Positions 45,497-54,674 are shown, counted from the stretch's first letter. The stretch: 57,973 nucleotides of DNA from a virus (IMGVR_UViG_3300032086_002841:1-57973), one strand, 5' to 3'. A program made the numbers and translations. Notes: generated by a model not told the origin, from the letters alone.

Positions 45497-46735
45497 TTAA
45501 GCACTTGTGATCTTGTGGAAAGCCTCTTGTCTGTAGACAGGGAATCCAACACGCATAGTAGCTCTGATAACCATGATGTTCTTTGTAAAGTTTTCACCAT
45601 GACTGTCGCTAACTGCGATGTCCATACCTTGCCTCATGACAACATGAGCTGCTTCACCACCACCGAACTTACCAACTAGGATTGTTCCTTCAGCTATTGC
45701 TGTTGAAGGGACAACTTTTAATCCCCATAGTTGATTAGCTACAGCACCTGCATATCCTCCTGCACTTGTAAAGACAGGGGCTTTTGCAGTATACCCTGCT
45801 GATGATGTTCCAGCAAAGTCTTCATCTAACTGAAGTACGATCTGTGACCAATCATTAGGGTGCATAACGATAGCATCTGGCTCTGTGAATGCATTTACTC
45901 TAATATCAGTAATTGCACCATAGATTGCGCCAATTCTACCAAGACCACCGGCATATGATCCGTAAGCTGTTTCGCCTACAGATGATTTACCTGCATCCAA
46001 TAATCCTTCAAGGTTTGGAGATGTTCCATCACCTGCGATTAATTGGCTATCTAGTCTTAATCTCATCATTGTTTGTAGTCTTGAGTTCAAATATGACTCT
46101 AAACCACTTACATCTTGCATTAACTCATCTGTAACAGGTATGTTAACGCCAAGTTTTGAGATTGTTGCTGTTCTCTCGGTGAAAGCTAATGCTGCTTCAC
46201 CAACTGCTGCGGCTTCTGCTGCCTCAGCTGCATTGTTTGTGAAAGTAGTTTCTTCCAAATAAACAAATGCATTTTGATCAGTTGTGATTTGATCAAAAAG
46301 GTTGATTACTGCATTAGGATCACGAAGAGCTGTTTCTAGTACACCACCTTGTCTTAATGACTCTGGTGGATATCCTGTTGTAGTTAAATTAGTTTTTAAC
46401 TCAAAAGGGATTGTGCTTTGAATATTCTTAGCACCATTTTCAACATAGCCTTTGTAGGCTGCTGATTTCATGACTTCTGCACCAAAGGATCCTTTTTTTG
46501 GTTCTTCTGATGGGTTAGGCATGCTTGCTACTGCTTCGCCTGAGATGTCTAGTTTAGACTTTGCCTCAGCGACTTTAAGATCATCTCTTAAAGATGCAAG
46601 TTCTTCATTTCTTTCAATGATTGCTTGCTTTTGCTCTGGAGTAGCACCTGCTTCTTGATCTTTTACATCTTCGAAAAGACTTTTAAGTTCAGCAGATTTT
46701 TCGACTATGCTATCACGGACTTTTTTTACATCCAT
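45497..46735 (-). CDS. HK97-fold major capsid protein
   Basis: N-terminal coiled-coil delta domain; IPVTDELMQD, AIVMHPNDW, LWGLKVV and FTKN..VIRA..R. Confidence 0.95.
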   Translation of the reverse strand: MDVKKVRDSIVEKSAELKSLFEDVKDQEAGATPEQKQAIIERNEELASLRDDLKVAEAKSKLDISGEAVASMPNPSEEPKKGSFGAEVMKSAAYKGYVENGAKNIQSTIPFELKTNLTTTGYPPESLRQGGVLETALRDPNAVINLFDQITTDQNAFVYLEETTFTNNAAEAAEAAAVGEAALAFTERTATISKLGVNIPVTDELMQDVSGLESYLNSRLQTMMRLRLDSQLIAGDGTSPNLEGLLDAGKSSVGETAYGSYAGGLGRIGAIYGAITDIRVNAFTEPDAIVMHPNDWSQIVLQLDEDFAGTSSAGYTAKAPVFTSAGGYAGAVANQLWGLKVVPSTAIAEGTILVGKFGGGEAAHVVMRQGMDIAVSDSHGENFTKNIMVIRATMRVGFPVYRQEAFHKITSA

Positions 46736-46738
46736 AAT

Positions 46739-48322
46739 TTACTCCTCAATATTATCTTCTTCTTGTATTTCAATGTCGGTCATAATAGATTCAGCTAAGA
46801 TCTCTTGACTTTCTAGCCAAAGACCATCTAGTTCATTATCTAATACTTCTTCTGTAGGTAATTCAGCCTCATCAACAGGATCTTCAACTGTTCTTTCATC
46901 GCCTGTATCAACTTCCGGTTCTTCAGCAGGTTCTGTAGTTTCGGCAGTTGCCTCTACTTCTTCTTCTGCTACTTCTTCGGTAGTTTCTTCTGCTACAGGT
47001 TCTGAAACTTCAGTTTCAAGATCTTCTGTTTCCTGGACTTCATCTACTACTGCTGTTGCATCTTCCAACGCACCCTCCGATCCAAATTCATCTACGAATT
47101 TGTCTATTTCTTCAAAAGCGTCTTGTACGCTTTCTTGAACTGCTCTGAGAGCTTCGGTTGCTGAAACTCCCAACTTCCTTCCATTCTTTTGCCTAAGTTC
47201 TCCTATAGATTGAACTCTGGCAACGAGGTGATTTAATGCTGCAAGCACATCTTTTACCTCATCAGAAAAGCGTTTACCTTGCACGCTGGCACTCTTTTCT
47301 GAAACTTTTAAATCTTGAACTTTCTCAGGATCTGGTTCAATTAAATTGTCCTTCACCTTTTTCATTTTTTCTGCTACTTCTCTTACTAGATCAACCCACC
47401 ATTGTGGAAGATCTGCATTTTCATCTTTAGGAATAGCTGCAAGAATATCTTTCATATCGTTTGCAATATTTCCTAAAGCCTCCATAGCTGCATGTTGTTC
47501 TGTATGAGTTTTTGCATTCTTTTTCATTGATGCCTCATAGTCTTCATGTGTAGAACATGGCATGTAAAACATTTGATCATTACTTTCAACAGTATGTGAT
47601 CCACTACAACCAAGTTGTTTAGCCCTATCTTCTGCTTCTTCGGCTGACATAAAAAGATCACCTTGTGGTTTTGCTTTTTCTTGATCAGTAGAATCTTCTT
47701 TAGCCATCTCTTTGGCACATTTTCCTGTTTTATCATAATCACATTTTCCGTAGCCTTTTTCTTCTTCTAGACCAGGTTCATCTTTAGAAAAACTATCGTG
47801 ACCAAGAACACCTTTTTCATCTGAATTTTCTTTAGTGCTTTTTATAGCCATTGTGAATGTTTCTTGGTTAGCACCAACTAGTACAGGACTGACTTCATAT
47901 ACTTCTAAATCTTTTAGATATCTGACATCTTCGCCTTCGTCATTTGCGTCTTTTTTAAATTTTCCATATTCAGAATCCATGACTCTAAAACCAAAAGACC
48001 ATTGTTGTAGATCTCCCATTGACTTGACTAAGTTGTAAGCCTCTTTACCGGACTCGGTGTCCATAAAGAACTTACCTTCGAATGTTGCCATGTCATTATC
48101 TTGTTTGATCTTGCCTTTACCTATTGGCATATCCCATTTGTGCGCCCAAACCATTGGTACATCACCTGAATTAAAACCTGACTTGATAGCACCTGGTAAT
48201 ACAACATCACCATCGCTATCTATATTATTGAATACTGAAAATACTGCTTTGACTTCGCCTAAAGATTCTTTATCTTCTTTAAGTTCAAAGTCAATGTTTT
48301 TAACTTCTTTTTGCTCGGACAT
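46739..48322 (-). CDS. HK97 prohead protease with insertions and an acidic C-terminal extension
   Basis: FSVFNNIDSDGDVV.PGA, WAH, WSFGF and EVSPVLVGAN; DUF3721-like AEDRAKQLGCSGSH...YMPC. Confidence 0.9.
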   Translation of the reverse strand: MSEQKEVKNIDFELKEDKESLGEVKAVFSVFNNIDSDGDVVLPGAIKSGFNSGDVPMVWAHKWDMPIGKGKIKQDNDMATFEGKFFMDTESGKEAYNLVKSMGDLQQWSFGFRVMDSEYGKFKKDANDEGEDVRYLKDLEVYEVSPVLVGANQETFTMAIKSTKENSDEKGVLGHDSFSKDEPGLEEEKGYGKCDYDKTGKCAKEMAKEDSTDQEKAKPQGDLFMSAEEAEDRAKQLGCSGSHTVESNDQMFYMPCSTHEDYEASMKKNAKTHTEQHAAMEALGNIANDMKDILAAIPKDENADLPQWWVDLVREVAEKMKKVKDNLIEPDPEKVQDLKVSEKSASVQGKRFSDEVKDVLAALNHLVARVQSIGELRQKNGRKLGVSATEALRAVQESVQDAFEEIDKFVDEFGSEGALEDATAVVDEVQETEDLETEVSEPVAEETTEEVAEEEVEATAETTEPAEEPEVDTGDERTVEDPVDEAELPTEEVLDNELDGLWLESQEILAESIMTDIEIQEEDNIEE

Positions 48323-48474
48323 ATAGCGCTACCTGTTCTCCTATAAATTTATATTTACTTGTGATGCGCTTTTATTAAGAATAACGCATATTTAGTACTT
48401 TAGTGGTTTTTAACTACATATAGTGTATTTGCGTAGTTGCCAACAATCTATTGCCAATATGGTATAATTGTTAC

Positions 48475-48714
48475 ATGCTTGAGGATGATATAAAACTTTT
48501 GGCAACTTTGCATATCACATCGGGAAGTTTTCCTTTGAAGGTAAAGTCTGATCGATCTGGTGTTGTCGAAATTTTTGGAAAATCAGTAGAAGTATTCTTG
48601 GAGAAGAATAAACTTAAGGTATCAGACAATATTAGTGCTAAACAATTTAAGGGTGGCGCTAAAGAAAGAGATTATTTACTAGAATGGCTAACACTAAATC
48701 TGATGGAAGTCTAG
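48475..48714 (+). CDS. Opposite-strand hypothetical protein (leaderless)
   Basis: TGgTATAAT-N6-ATG at 48460-48477. Confidence 0.65.
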   Translation: MLEDDIKLLATLHITSGSFPLKVKSDRSGVVEIFGKSVEVFLEKNKLKVSDNISAKQFKGGAKERDYLLEWLTLNLMEV

Positions 48715-48896
48715 ATGAATTTAAAATGTTCATAGATACATTGGCAAAAGTCAACAAACCATCAAGAAATAAAATTATAACCGATTGGTTGGCTTTCTTA
48801 GATCACGACAATCAAGTTCGTTTGATTAACAAACTTAAAGATCGTGGTATAGAATATCAACCAAAAGAAAATACTAGATATTTTGAAAACAGTTAA
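48684..48896 (+). CDS. Opposite-strand hypothetical protein
   Basis: Overlaps the previous ORF; its stop abuts the portal stop. Confidence 0.6.
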   Translation: MANTKSDGSLDEFKMFIDTLAKVNKPSRNKIITDWLAFLDHDNQVRLINKLKDRGIEYQPKENTRYFENS

Positions 48897-51533
48897 TTAG
48901 TTTCTAAAGTCTTTTATTTTTCTTAATTTGGATATTGGTTGGGTAACTGACCTGTCAGTTTTCTTATGAGAACCATCTTCCATAATTGCCCATACCATCA
49001 TTGTTGCTTCTTTTTTATTATTATTTACTGAAGTAACTATTCCATGAACAGTTGATGGTGGATCTGGATCTTTATTAATTGACCAAGAAACAGGATCTCC
49101 TACTTTTACAGAATCTGCTTTTTCAGATCTAGCTGAGTTCATCTCAACTTCTGCTTGGACTTCTGCTTCTTCAGTAGATACATTAATTTCTTGTATTATA
49201 CTTTCTGCATTCTTTTTAGAACTTAAAGGATGATTGCTAGGCAGTAAGTCAGTATCATATGGTTTTCTTTTAAACTTTCCTGTTCGCAAAGCTCTTAATA
49301 GCCCATTCACTCTGGCCATCGCCCATTGTTGAGGTGAACTTACATTACCTCTTACTGATCCTGGATTATTTTGATATGCTGCTAAACCTCTGTTGTAAGA
49401 TGCAGTAAGCATTCTTAGTGTTGCTCTGTATTTTGGATCTTTAGCATTATGTTCATCAGCTTTCTTTTTAAGAGAATCTCTTACAGCTTGACTCAATGCT
49501 TTACCTTCTATTTCAGAAAGCAATTCTTCTTGAATTTTTCTTCTTTCACGAATTACTTTTTTATATTCATTTACAACTTTTTTCATAGCAGGGACACCAG
49601 ACTTTGTGACACCACCCCACTTCATGACAGCGATACTTCCGTTAAGCCTAGTATTTCCTGCATGACGATTCATAAATCTTTCTCTTCTTTTAACCCAATT
49701 TAAAACAGATTCTGATCTATCTCCAGATCTATACTTTGTCCATCTGTTAAAAGCATCATTACCTGTAAATGAAGTTGGAGGATTACCACCGGTACCTGCT
49801 CTTCTCCAAATCTCCGGCCAATCTTCTTTTAAGTTTTTCACATAGTTGTAATCAGGAAATTGTTTATGTTGTGAGTTTGAAATAGAAATAGTTTGATTAT
49901 CACCTGATCTTGGAAAGTTTGTAGCTTTAGGTGCTTTTTCAGATTTTTTCATTCTATCTAAAGCACTTCTTGCTTCTGACTCATCATCATAACATTCAAT
50001 AACATCATTATTTTCGTGATCTAATATGCACCAAGCACCATTAGGCATTTGAGCAACATACTTCATTTCTTCTTGATCAAGATAAGTTGGTGTAGGAATA
50101 ATACCTTGTCTTAAAGAATCTACGGCTGCTAAAGTACTAGTCATAACTTTTTCTTCTAGATCCTTAATAAGCTGTTTCATATCTTGCATATCTTGATTCG
50201 GCTCTTCTTCTGTTTCTTCTGCAACAGGAATTGTAGGATCAAGTGGTCTTTCAACCATGTTCAAAGGTCTTAAATAAATATCATGTGTTTGGTCAGCATC
50301 TAGTCCTGCTTGTTTTCTAGCCTCAGCTATCGTAATCCAACCACCTTGTACAGCAGTATTCATTCTTTTGTAAACATCATCTTTGTCTTGTGATAAAGCT
50401 CTTACATCATCTAAGTTGTACATAACTTTTAGATCTTCAGCATCGAAATCTTTTCTAAGTAATTGATGTGTTAATTCTGATGCAACTGATTTCCACAAAG
50501 GAACAAGTTTTTGTTCTGTAAAGAACTCTCTTAATTCTCTAGTGTTGTTATAAGTTGCTGCATCAAGACCTGCACCAAGTCCAGCTAAGATTGCAGGAAC
50601 GCCAAGAACAGCAGAAACTCTTTCTTCAGGAAGTTTTCTTAATTCAGTTAAATTCATTTGATCTGGAGAAAATGAAACAACTTCAACATTCATAGAGCCA
50701 CTTAGTACCATAGGCGCACCTCTATTTTTACCACCAAACTTTTGTTTATACATAGCAGAAATTGCTTCTGCCTCTTCTTTGGATGGACCTCCCATTGAGT
50801 CATCTTTAGGCGAGAGGATAACACCTGGTACAGCCATGTTATGTAAGAGTGCTGCTGCATATTGTCCTGCTGCCTCATCGCCCAAGATTTCTCTTAATAC
50901 CGATTTTAAAGGCGCAAAACCTCTTCTATGGTTATTTGGATCAATACCATTTCGTATATGCACTATATCGTTAGTTGGGACGACTATACTATTACCCCCA
51001 AGTCCACCATGAGGACTATATTTGAAATGTGTAATTAAAGTATCTTCATCACCTTTTGGCTCTACAAGGTTTGGCATCAATGGTACGAGTTGTACCACAT
51101 TACCATCAAGATTTCGGTTTTTGTATAAAAAAGCATCACCATAAGCAGAAAGAGCAACGACAATATAGTGAGCTAATAAGTTGCCTGATGTAAAAGGATT
51201 CGGTCTATCTAAAAGTTTTGATAATGGATGTTTACTAACTATTTCTTTATCGGCATCAGATTCTTTTATTACTAATGCTCTTGGTTCTGCAAAAGAAGTT
51301 GCAAGAACATTCAAACAGGCTACGACTGCTGAATTATTAGATCCATCTCCGATGTCATCTAGTTGAGAAATAGGCCAATAACCTGAATCTGTGTTATATC
51401 CGTAAACTGCTCGATCTAAACTTGTTTGCTGATTGTATCTACTATTTTTTTGTACATTTTGTACTTGTCTTTGTGTAGGACTATTTAAAAATTCTACTGT
51501 CCTACGAAAAAATGATTTTTGTTCATCTGCCAT
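48897..51533 (-). CDS. HK97-family portal protein with a ~440-aa multi-domain C-terminal extension
   Basis: HPLSKLLDRPNP, YGDAF, DIVHIR, N.AVPG..L, VLGVP..LAG and GWITIAEAR. Confidence 0.92.
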   Translation of the reverse strand: MADEQKSFFRRTVEFLNSPTQRQVQNVQKNSRYNQQTSLDRAVYGYNTDSGYWPISQLDDIGDGSNNSAVVACLNVLATSFAEPRALVIKESDADKEIVSKHPLSKLLDRPNPFTSGNLLAHYIVVALSAYGDAFLYKNRNLDGNVVQLVPLMPNLVEPKGDEDTLITHFKYSPHGGLGGNSIVVPTNDIVHIRNGIDPNNHRRGFAPLKSVLREILGDEAAGQYAAALLHNMAVPGVILSPKDDSMGGPSKEEAEAISAMYKQKFGGKNRGAPMVLSGSMNVEVVSFSPDQMNLTELRKLPEERVSAVLGVPAILAGLGAGLDAATYNNTRELREFFTEQKLVPLWKSVASELTHQLLRKDFDAEDLKVMYNLDDVRALSQDKDDVYKRMNTAVQGGWITIAEARKQAGLDADQTHDIYLRPLNMVERPLDPTIPVAEETEEEPNQDMQDMKQLIKDLEEKVMTSTLAAVDSLRQGIIPTPTYLDQEEMKYVAQMPNGAWCILDHENNDVIECYDDESEARSALDRMKKSEKAPKATNFPRSGDNQTISISNSQHKQFPDYNYVKNLKEDWPEIWRRAGTGGNPPTSFTGNDAFNRWTKYRSGDRSESVLNWVKRRERFMNRHAGNTRLNGSIAVMKWGGVTKSGVPAMKKVVNEYKKVIRERRKIQEELLSEIEGKALSQAVRDSLKKKADEHNAKDPKYRATLRMLTASYNRGLAAYQNNPGSVRGNVSSPQQWAMARVNGLLRALRTGKFKRKPYDTDLLPSNHPLSSKKNAESIIQEINVSTEEAEVQAEVEMNSARSEKADSVKVGDPVSWSINKDPDPPSTVHGIVTSVNNNKKEATMMVWAIMEDGSHKKTDRSVTQPISKLRKIKDFRN

Positions 51534-52811
51534 TTAATATGCACTCCATCCTCTTGTGTACTGTGCGCTTAAAACTCCATAAGCTATGGCATCCACTATG
51601 TCGTCATGACTGCCCACAGGGAATGTCATCAATTCTCTTTCTACTTCTATCAAATAAGGTGCGCCATATTTGAAAAGAACATCTCCTGCTTCCATTCTCG
51701 CTGCTAAAGGCATAGCCCTGCTAACTTTATCTTTGTCAGCTCTTAATTCCTTTACAGCTAAACCTTCTCTTCTAGCAAACTGTATGAGCGAAAGCTGAAA
51801 GCCAGATCTTTCCATACCAACCCATTGTAAATCATATTCTGCCATTTTTTGTCTTATTCGAGGCACAATATCAGGTGCCTCCATGCGTTCACGAACAACA
51901 TCTAAAATCAAGATCTTGCCTTTTGGCGAAACGGCAAAACACGCAATAACAGTATAGTCGGCACCTTCTTCGATTGAGGTAGCAAGGTCTACTGTGGCAA
52001 ATTTTGTACAATCTCGTAAATCTATACTTTCTCCTCTTGCAAATATTACTCCGTCTTTTTCTTTGTAATATTTAAGCCAATCAGGTTTCAACAGTCCTTG
52101 ACCTGCTTCTACAAATTCTGCCATATATTCTTGAGCATAAACAATAGATCCAACTTCTGTTTTAGCTTGTTCTACTTCTTCACGATCAATCATAGGATTT
52201 GTATAAGTTGGAAATTGAAATCTGTCCCAATTTGGTTTATTTTCTGCAAATTCCCATAATTCATAAAACCAATTATTCATACCCATTGGCGTGCTAATAA
52301 ACAAAGCACCACCTTTTCTTTCAGTCAATGTAGGTCTTAATACTTGATGCCAAACATCAGGCTTTACGAATGCTGCCTCATCCATAACTAAGAAATCCAA
52401 ACCTTCACCCCTTAACCTATGAGGACTATCTGCTGATCTTACTGCTATAGATCCACCTGAATGTGGAAACTTAACTTCCATGTTTACTAATGATATTTCA
52501 GGTTCTATTTCAGAAGGAAATGATCTAGCTGATTCTTGTATATCTCTCCAACCAACACGAGCTATAGTGTAAGTAGGTGCAACCCACCAAGCCCTTTTCC
52601 CCTGCAAAGCTATTTCTAAACATAATTGCACACCAAGTCTTGATTTTCCAAATCGCCTACCTGCACATAGTATTTTCCAACGAGCATCACTATCTGCGAC
52701 TGCTTGTTGTGCATCATGTAAAGGTGGGAATATTGGATTTATTTCAACAGAATCATCAATTTGCGACTCATGACGATCCGTGTGATAAAAATCTTCATTT
52801 AATTCACCCAT
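51534..52811 (-). CDS. terL: Terminase large subunit
   Basis: AGRRFGKS (Walker A), LVMDEAAF (Walker B), ISTP, VDLA and HDDIVDA. Confidence 0.95.
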   Translation of the reverse strand: MGELNEDFYHTDRHESQIDDSVEINPIFPPLHDAQQAVADSDARWKILCAGRRFGKSRLGVQLCLEIALQGKRAWWVAPTYTIARVGWRDIQESARSFPSEIEPEISLVNMEVKFPHSGGSIAVRSADSPHRLRGEGLDFLVMDEAAFVKPDVWHQVLRPTLTERKGGALFISTPMGMNNWFYELWEFAENKPNWDRFQFPTYTNPMIDREEVEQAKTEVGSIVYAQEYMAEFVEAGQGLLKPDWLKYYKEKDGVIFARGESIDLRDCTKFATVDLATSIEEGADYTVIACFAVSPKGKILILDVVRERMEAPDIVPRIRQKMAEYDLQWVGMERSGFQLSLIQFARREGLAVKELRADKDKVSRAMPLAARMEAGDVLFKYGAPYLIEVERELMTFPVGSHDDIVDAIAYGVLSAQYTRGWSAY

Positions 52812-52830
52812 GGGAGAATCATAACAGATA

Positions 52831-53925
52831 TTATTTGGTTATATTCTCCAATATAACAATATGAGCTGATTTCTCTAACAACTTCTTATTCTCTATAGCA
52901 TCTAGTTCTTCTTCTCTAGTGTATACAGTTTTGTTTTGAGTATTTATAATATTTCTGACTTCGTAGTCATATTCTTCATAAACAAGTTCAAAGATATTTT
53001 CTAAGAACATATCTTGTATAGGTGTTGTGATCAAGATAAGTTTAGATCCATTCTTTGTAGCAACTCCTAAATTACTAAGCTGATGTCTTATAACTTGACC
53101 GGCTACTTCTGAATCATCATATTCATCAAGAAAATCTAACATGTTAAGTATCACAACATCTGCATTGTTTACTTCTTCAGGATAGGCATCGAATATAACA
53201 TTCAAAACTTCCACACCCTCAAGATCTGGATATGGCATAGTCATAGGTGTAAATGTTTTAGACTCGTAACCAAATAAATCTCTGCAAAGATCTCTTGTTG
53301 TTCCATAGCTATCTGTTAAATCAACAATGAAGTTTCCAGGTTCTGCATACCAAAATAGTAAGTTTGCGATCATTTGAGGTGGAGTTTTTGTTTCTATATC
53401 TAAACCAAAAGCATTATTTGGTTTTCCAAAAGACCAAAAAGAAGTATATTTTATGTTTATACCTGCTTCTTCCATTCTCTCAAAGATGTCTTGTTCTCCG
53501 GAATCTAATTCCAACATCTTCATCTTTTTAATTTCTGATTTCAAATTCCTTACTGTGTAACCTCTAACAGCAGAATCATTTAAAAAAGCATCTTGTTTTT
53601 GAGGATCTAAAGGTGCAACTTCTTTATGATGTGACCAAGAAACACTAGGTAATCTTCTTGCAGGTTCTATTCTGCTTGCAACATATGCTGCATTACTAAA
53701 TGTCTGATAAGCAATACCAAGTTCTAGTGCTTGGGATGCCATCTCTCCATATTTGCGTTCTCCGTAGTTCCACCAATCTCCTAGCCACCACATAATATTT
53801 TGAGTTGTATCTACTAGTTTTTTACCAACTGCTACCCACTCTTCATATGATAAATTAGGATCAAGAAATAATTGAACCCTATCTGTTTGTATTTGAATTT
53901 CTTTGTTCTCTCTCATAACATTCAT
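52831..53925 (-). CDS. LmbU-like N-terminal domain fused to a degenerate DNA methyltransferase domain
   Basis: WWLGDWWNYGERKYG and SWSHHKEVA, then PPQMIANLLFWY..PG..IVDLTDSYGTT (altered DPxxGSGTT); no DPPY. Confidence 0.55.
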   Translation of the reverse strand: MNVMRENKEIQIQTDRVQLFLDPNLSYEEWVAVGKKLVDTTQNIMWWLGDWWNYGERKYGEMASQALELGIAYQTFSNAAYVASRIEPARRLPSVSWSHHKEVAPLDPQKQDAFLNDSAVRGYTVRNLKSEIKKMKMLELDSGEQDIFERMEEAGINIKYTSFWSFGKPNNAFGLDIETKTPPQMIANLLFWYAEPGNFIVDLTDSYGTTRDLCRDLFGYESKTFTPMTMPYPDLEGVEVLNVIFDAYPEEVNNADVVILNMLDFLDEYDDSEVAGQVIRHQLSNLGVATKNGSKLILITTPIQDMFLENIFELVYEEYDYEVRNIINTQNKTVYTREEELDAIENKKLLEKSAHIVILENITK

Positions 53926-53968
53926 TTTACTATTTTAAAAAGCTAGTGTGACAAATTTTTATTTTTTC

Positions 53969-54014
53969 CAGGATTGGCGTAGGGAAAAAACAAATAAAAA
54001 CCTACGCAATCCTG
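53969..54014. other. Long intergenic hairpin
   Basis: CAGGATT(G)GCGTAGG-17 nt A-rich loop-CCTACGCAATCCTG. Confidence 0.55.
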
Positions 54015-54020
54015 TGTGTA

Positions 54021-54341
54021 TCAAACAATATGTGAAGAAAAACTAGATTTTAAATTTCCTACATTTACATTAGATCTAACCTCAGAAACAGGTTCACCAT
54101 TTCTAAAAGCTATAAAAGTTGGTACACCGAATATATTGTATTTTTGTACTACTGATGATGCACCATCAATGTCTAGAGAAACAAATTCTACATTCTTCCC
54201 ATCCCATTCTTCAGATAGCATCTCGACTGAAGGTGTTATTTCTTTGCACGGAATACACCAATCAGCTTCAAATTTTACTATTGTAGTAAGATCTCTATCG
54301 ATTGCTTCTTGGAATGAATTTGTATCTATTTTTCTTATCAT
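54021..54341 (-). CDS. Thioredoxin
   Basis: VKFEADWCIPCK and GVPTF. Confidence 0.9.
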   Translation of the reverse strand: MIRKIDTNSFQEAIDRDLTTIVKFEADWCIPCKEITPSVEMLSEEWDGKNVEFVSLDIDGASSVVQKYNIFGVPTFIAFRNGEPVSEVRSNVNVGNLKSSFSSHIV

Positions 54342-54398
54342 AGTGAAACAACTTTACCATAAAACTAATTTTTGATTTGTCTTTAGTATCATATTTAT

Positions 54399-54530
54399 AT
54401 GAAAATTTATACAGTACAAAAAGATAACGCACCTAACATGAATCGTAAACAGAGAAGAATGTTAGCTAAAAAAATTAGAAAAGATTTAGCTATAGAATCT
54501 AGTAATCGAAAGAAAGCAAATCTTCAATAA
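54399..54530 (+). CDS. 43-aa basic protein with an NRKQRR motif (leaderless)
   Basis: TATCAT-N6-ATG; MKIYTVQKDNAPNMNRKQRRMLAKKIRK... Confidence 0.55.
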   Translation: MKIYTVQKDNAPNMNRKQRRMLAKKIRKDLAIESSNRKKANLQ

Positions 54531-54540
54531 TTGTTTAGGT

Positions 54541-54607
54541 AAAAAAGAAAAGGCTATCCCCTAAGAGATAGCCGATGATGGGAGGAAGTCGGTTTAGTAG
54601 CCGACTT
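54541..54607 (-). ncRNA. Candidate ~65-nt small RNA with an anti-SD linker
   Basis: Promoter, 5' hairpin, CCUCCCAUCAUC linker, terminator hairpin and U tract; no ORF. Confidence 0.55.
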
Positions 54608-54611
54608 AAGT

Positions 54612-54641
54612 ACTATACATCATTCGACATTGATTTTAGGT
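54612..54641 (-). promoter_or_regulatory. Promoter CCTAAA-N17-TATAGT
   Basis: Copy of the recurrent motif, positioned to drive the candidate sRNA. Confidence 0.55.
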
Positions 54642-54645
54642 AAAT

Positions 54646-54674
54646 AAAAAGCAGGTGTCTTGGCACCTGCTTTT
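54646..54674. terminator. Bidirectional intrinsic terminator
   Basis: AAAAAGCAGGTG-tcttgg-CACCTGCTTTT. Confidence 0.8.

Noticed and set aside
48897-51533. Intein explaining the long portal or the long MTase
   Set aside because: No N-terminal C/S splice block, LAGLIDADG motif or C-terminal HN junction was seen.
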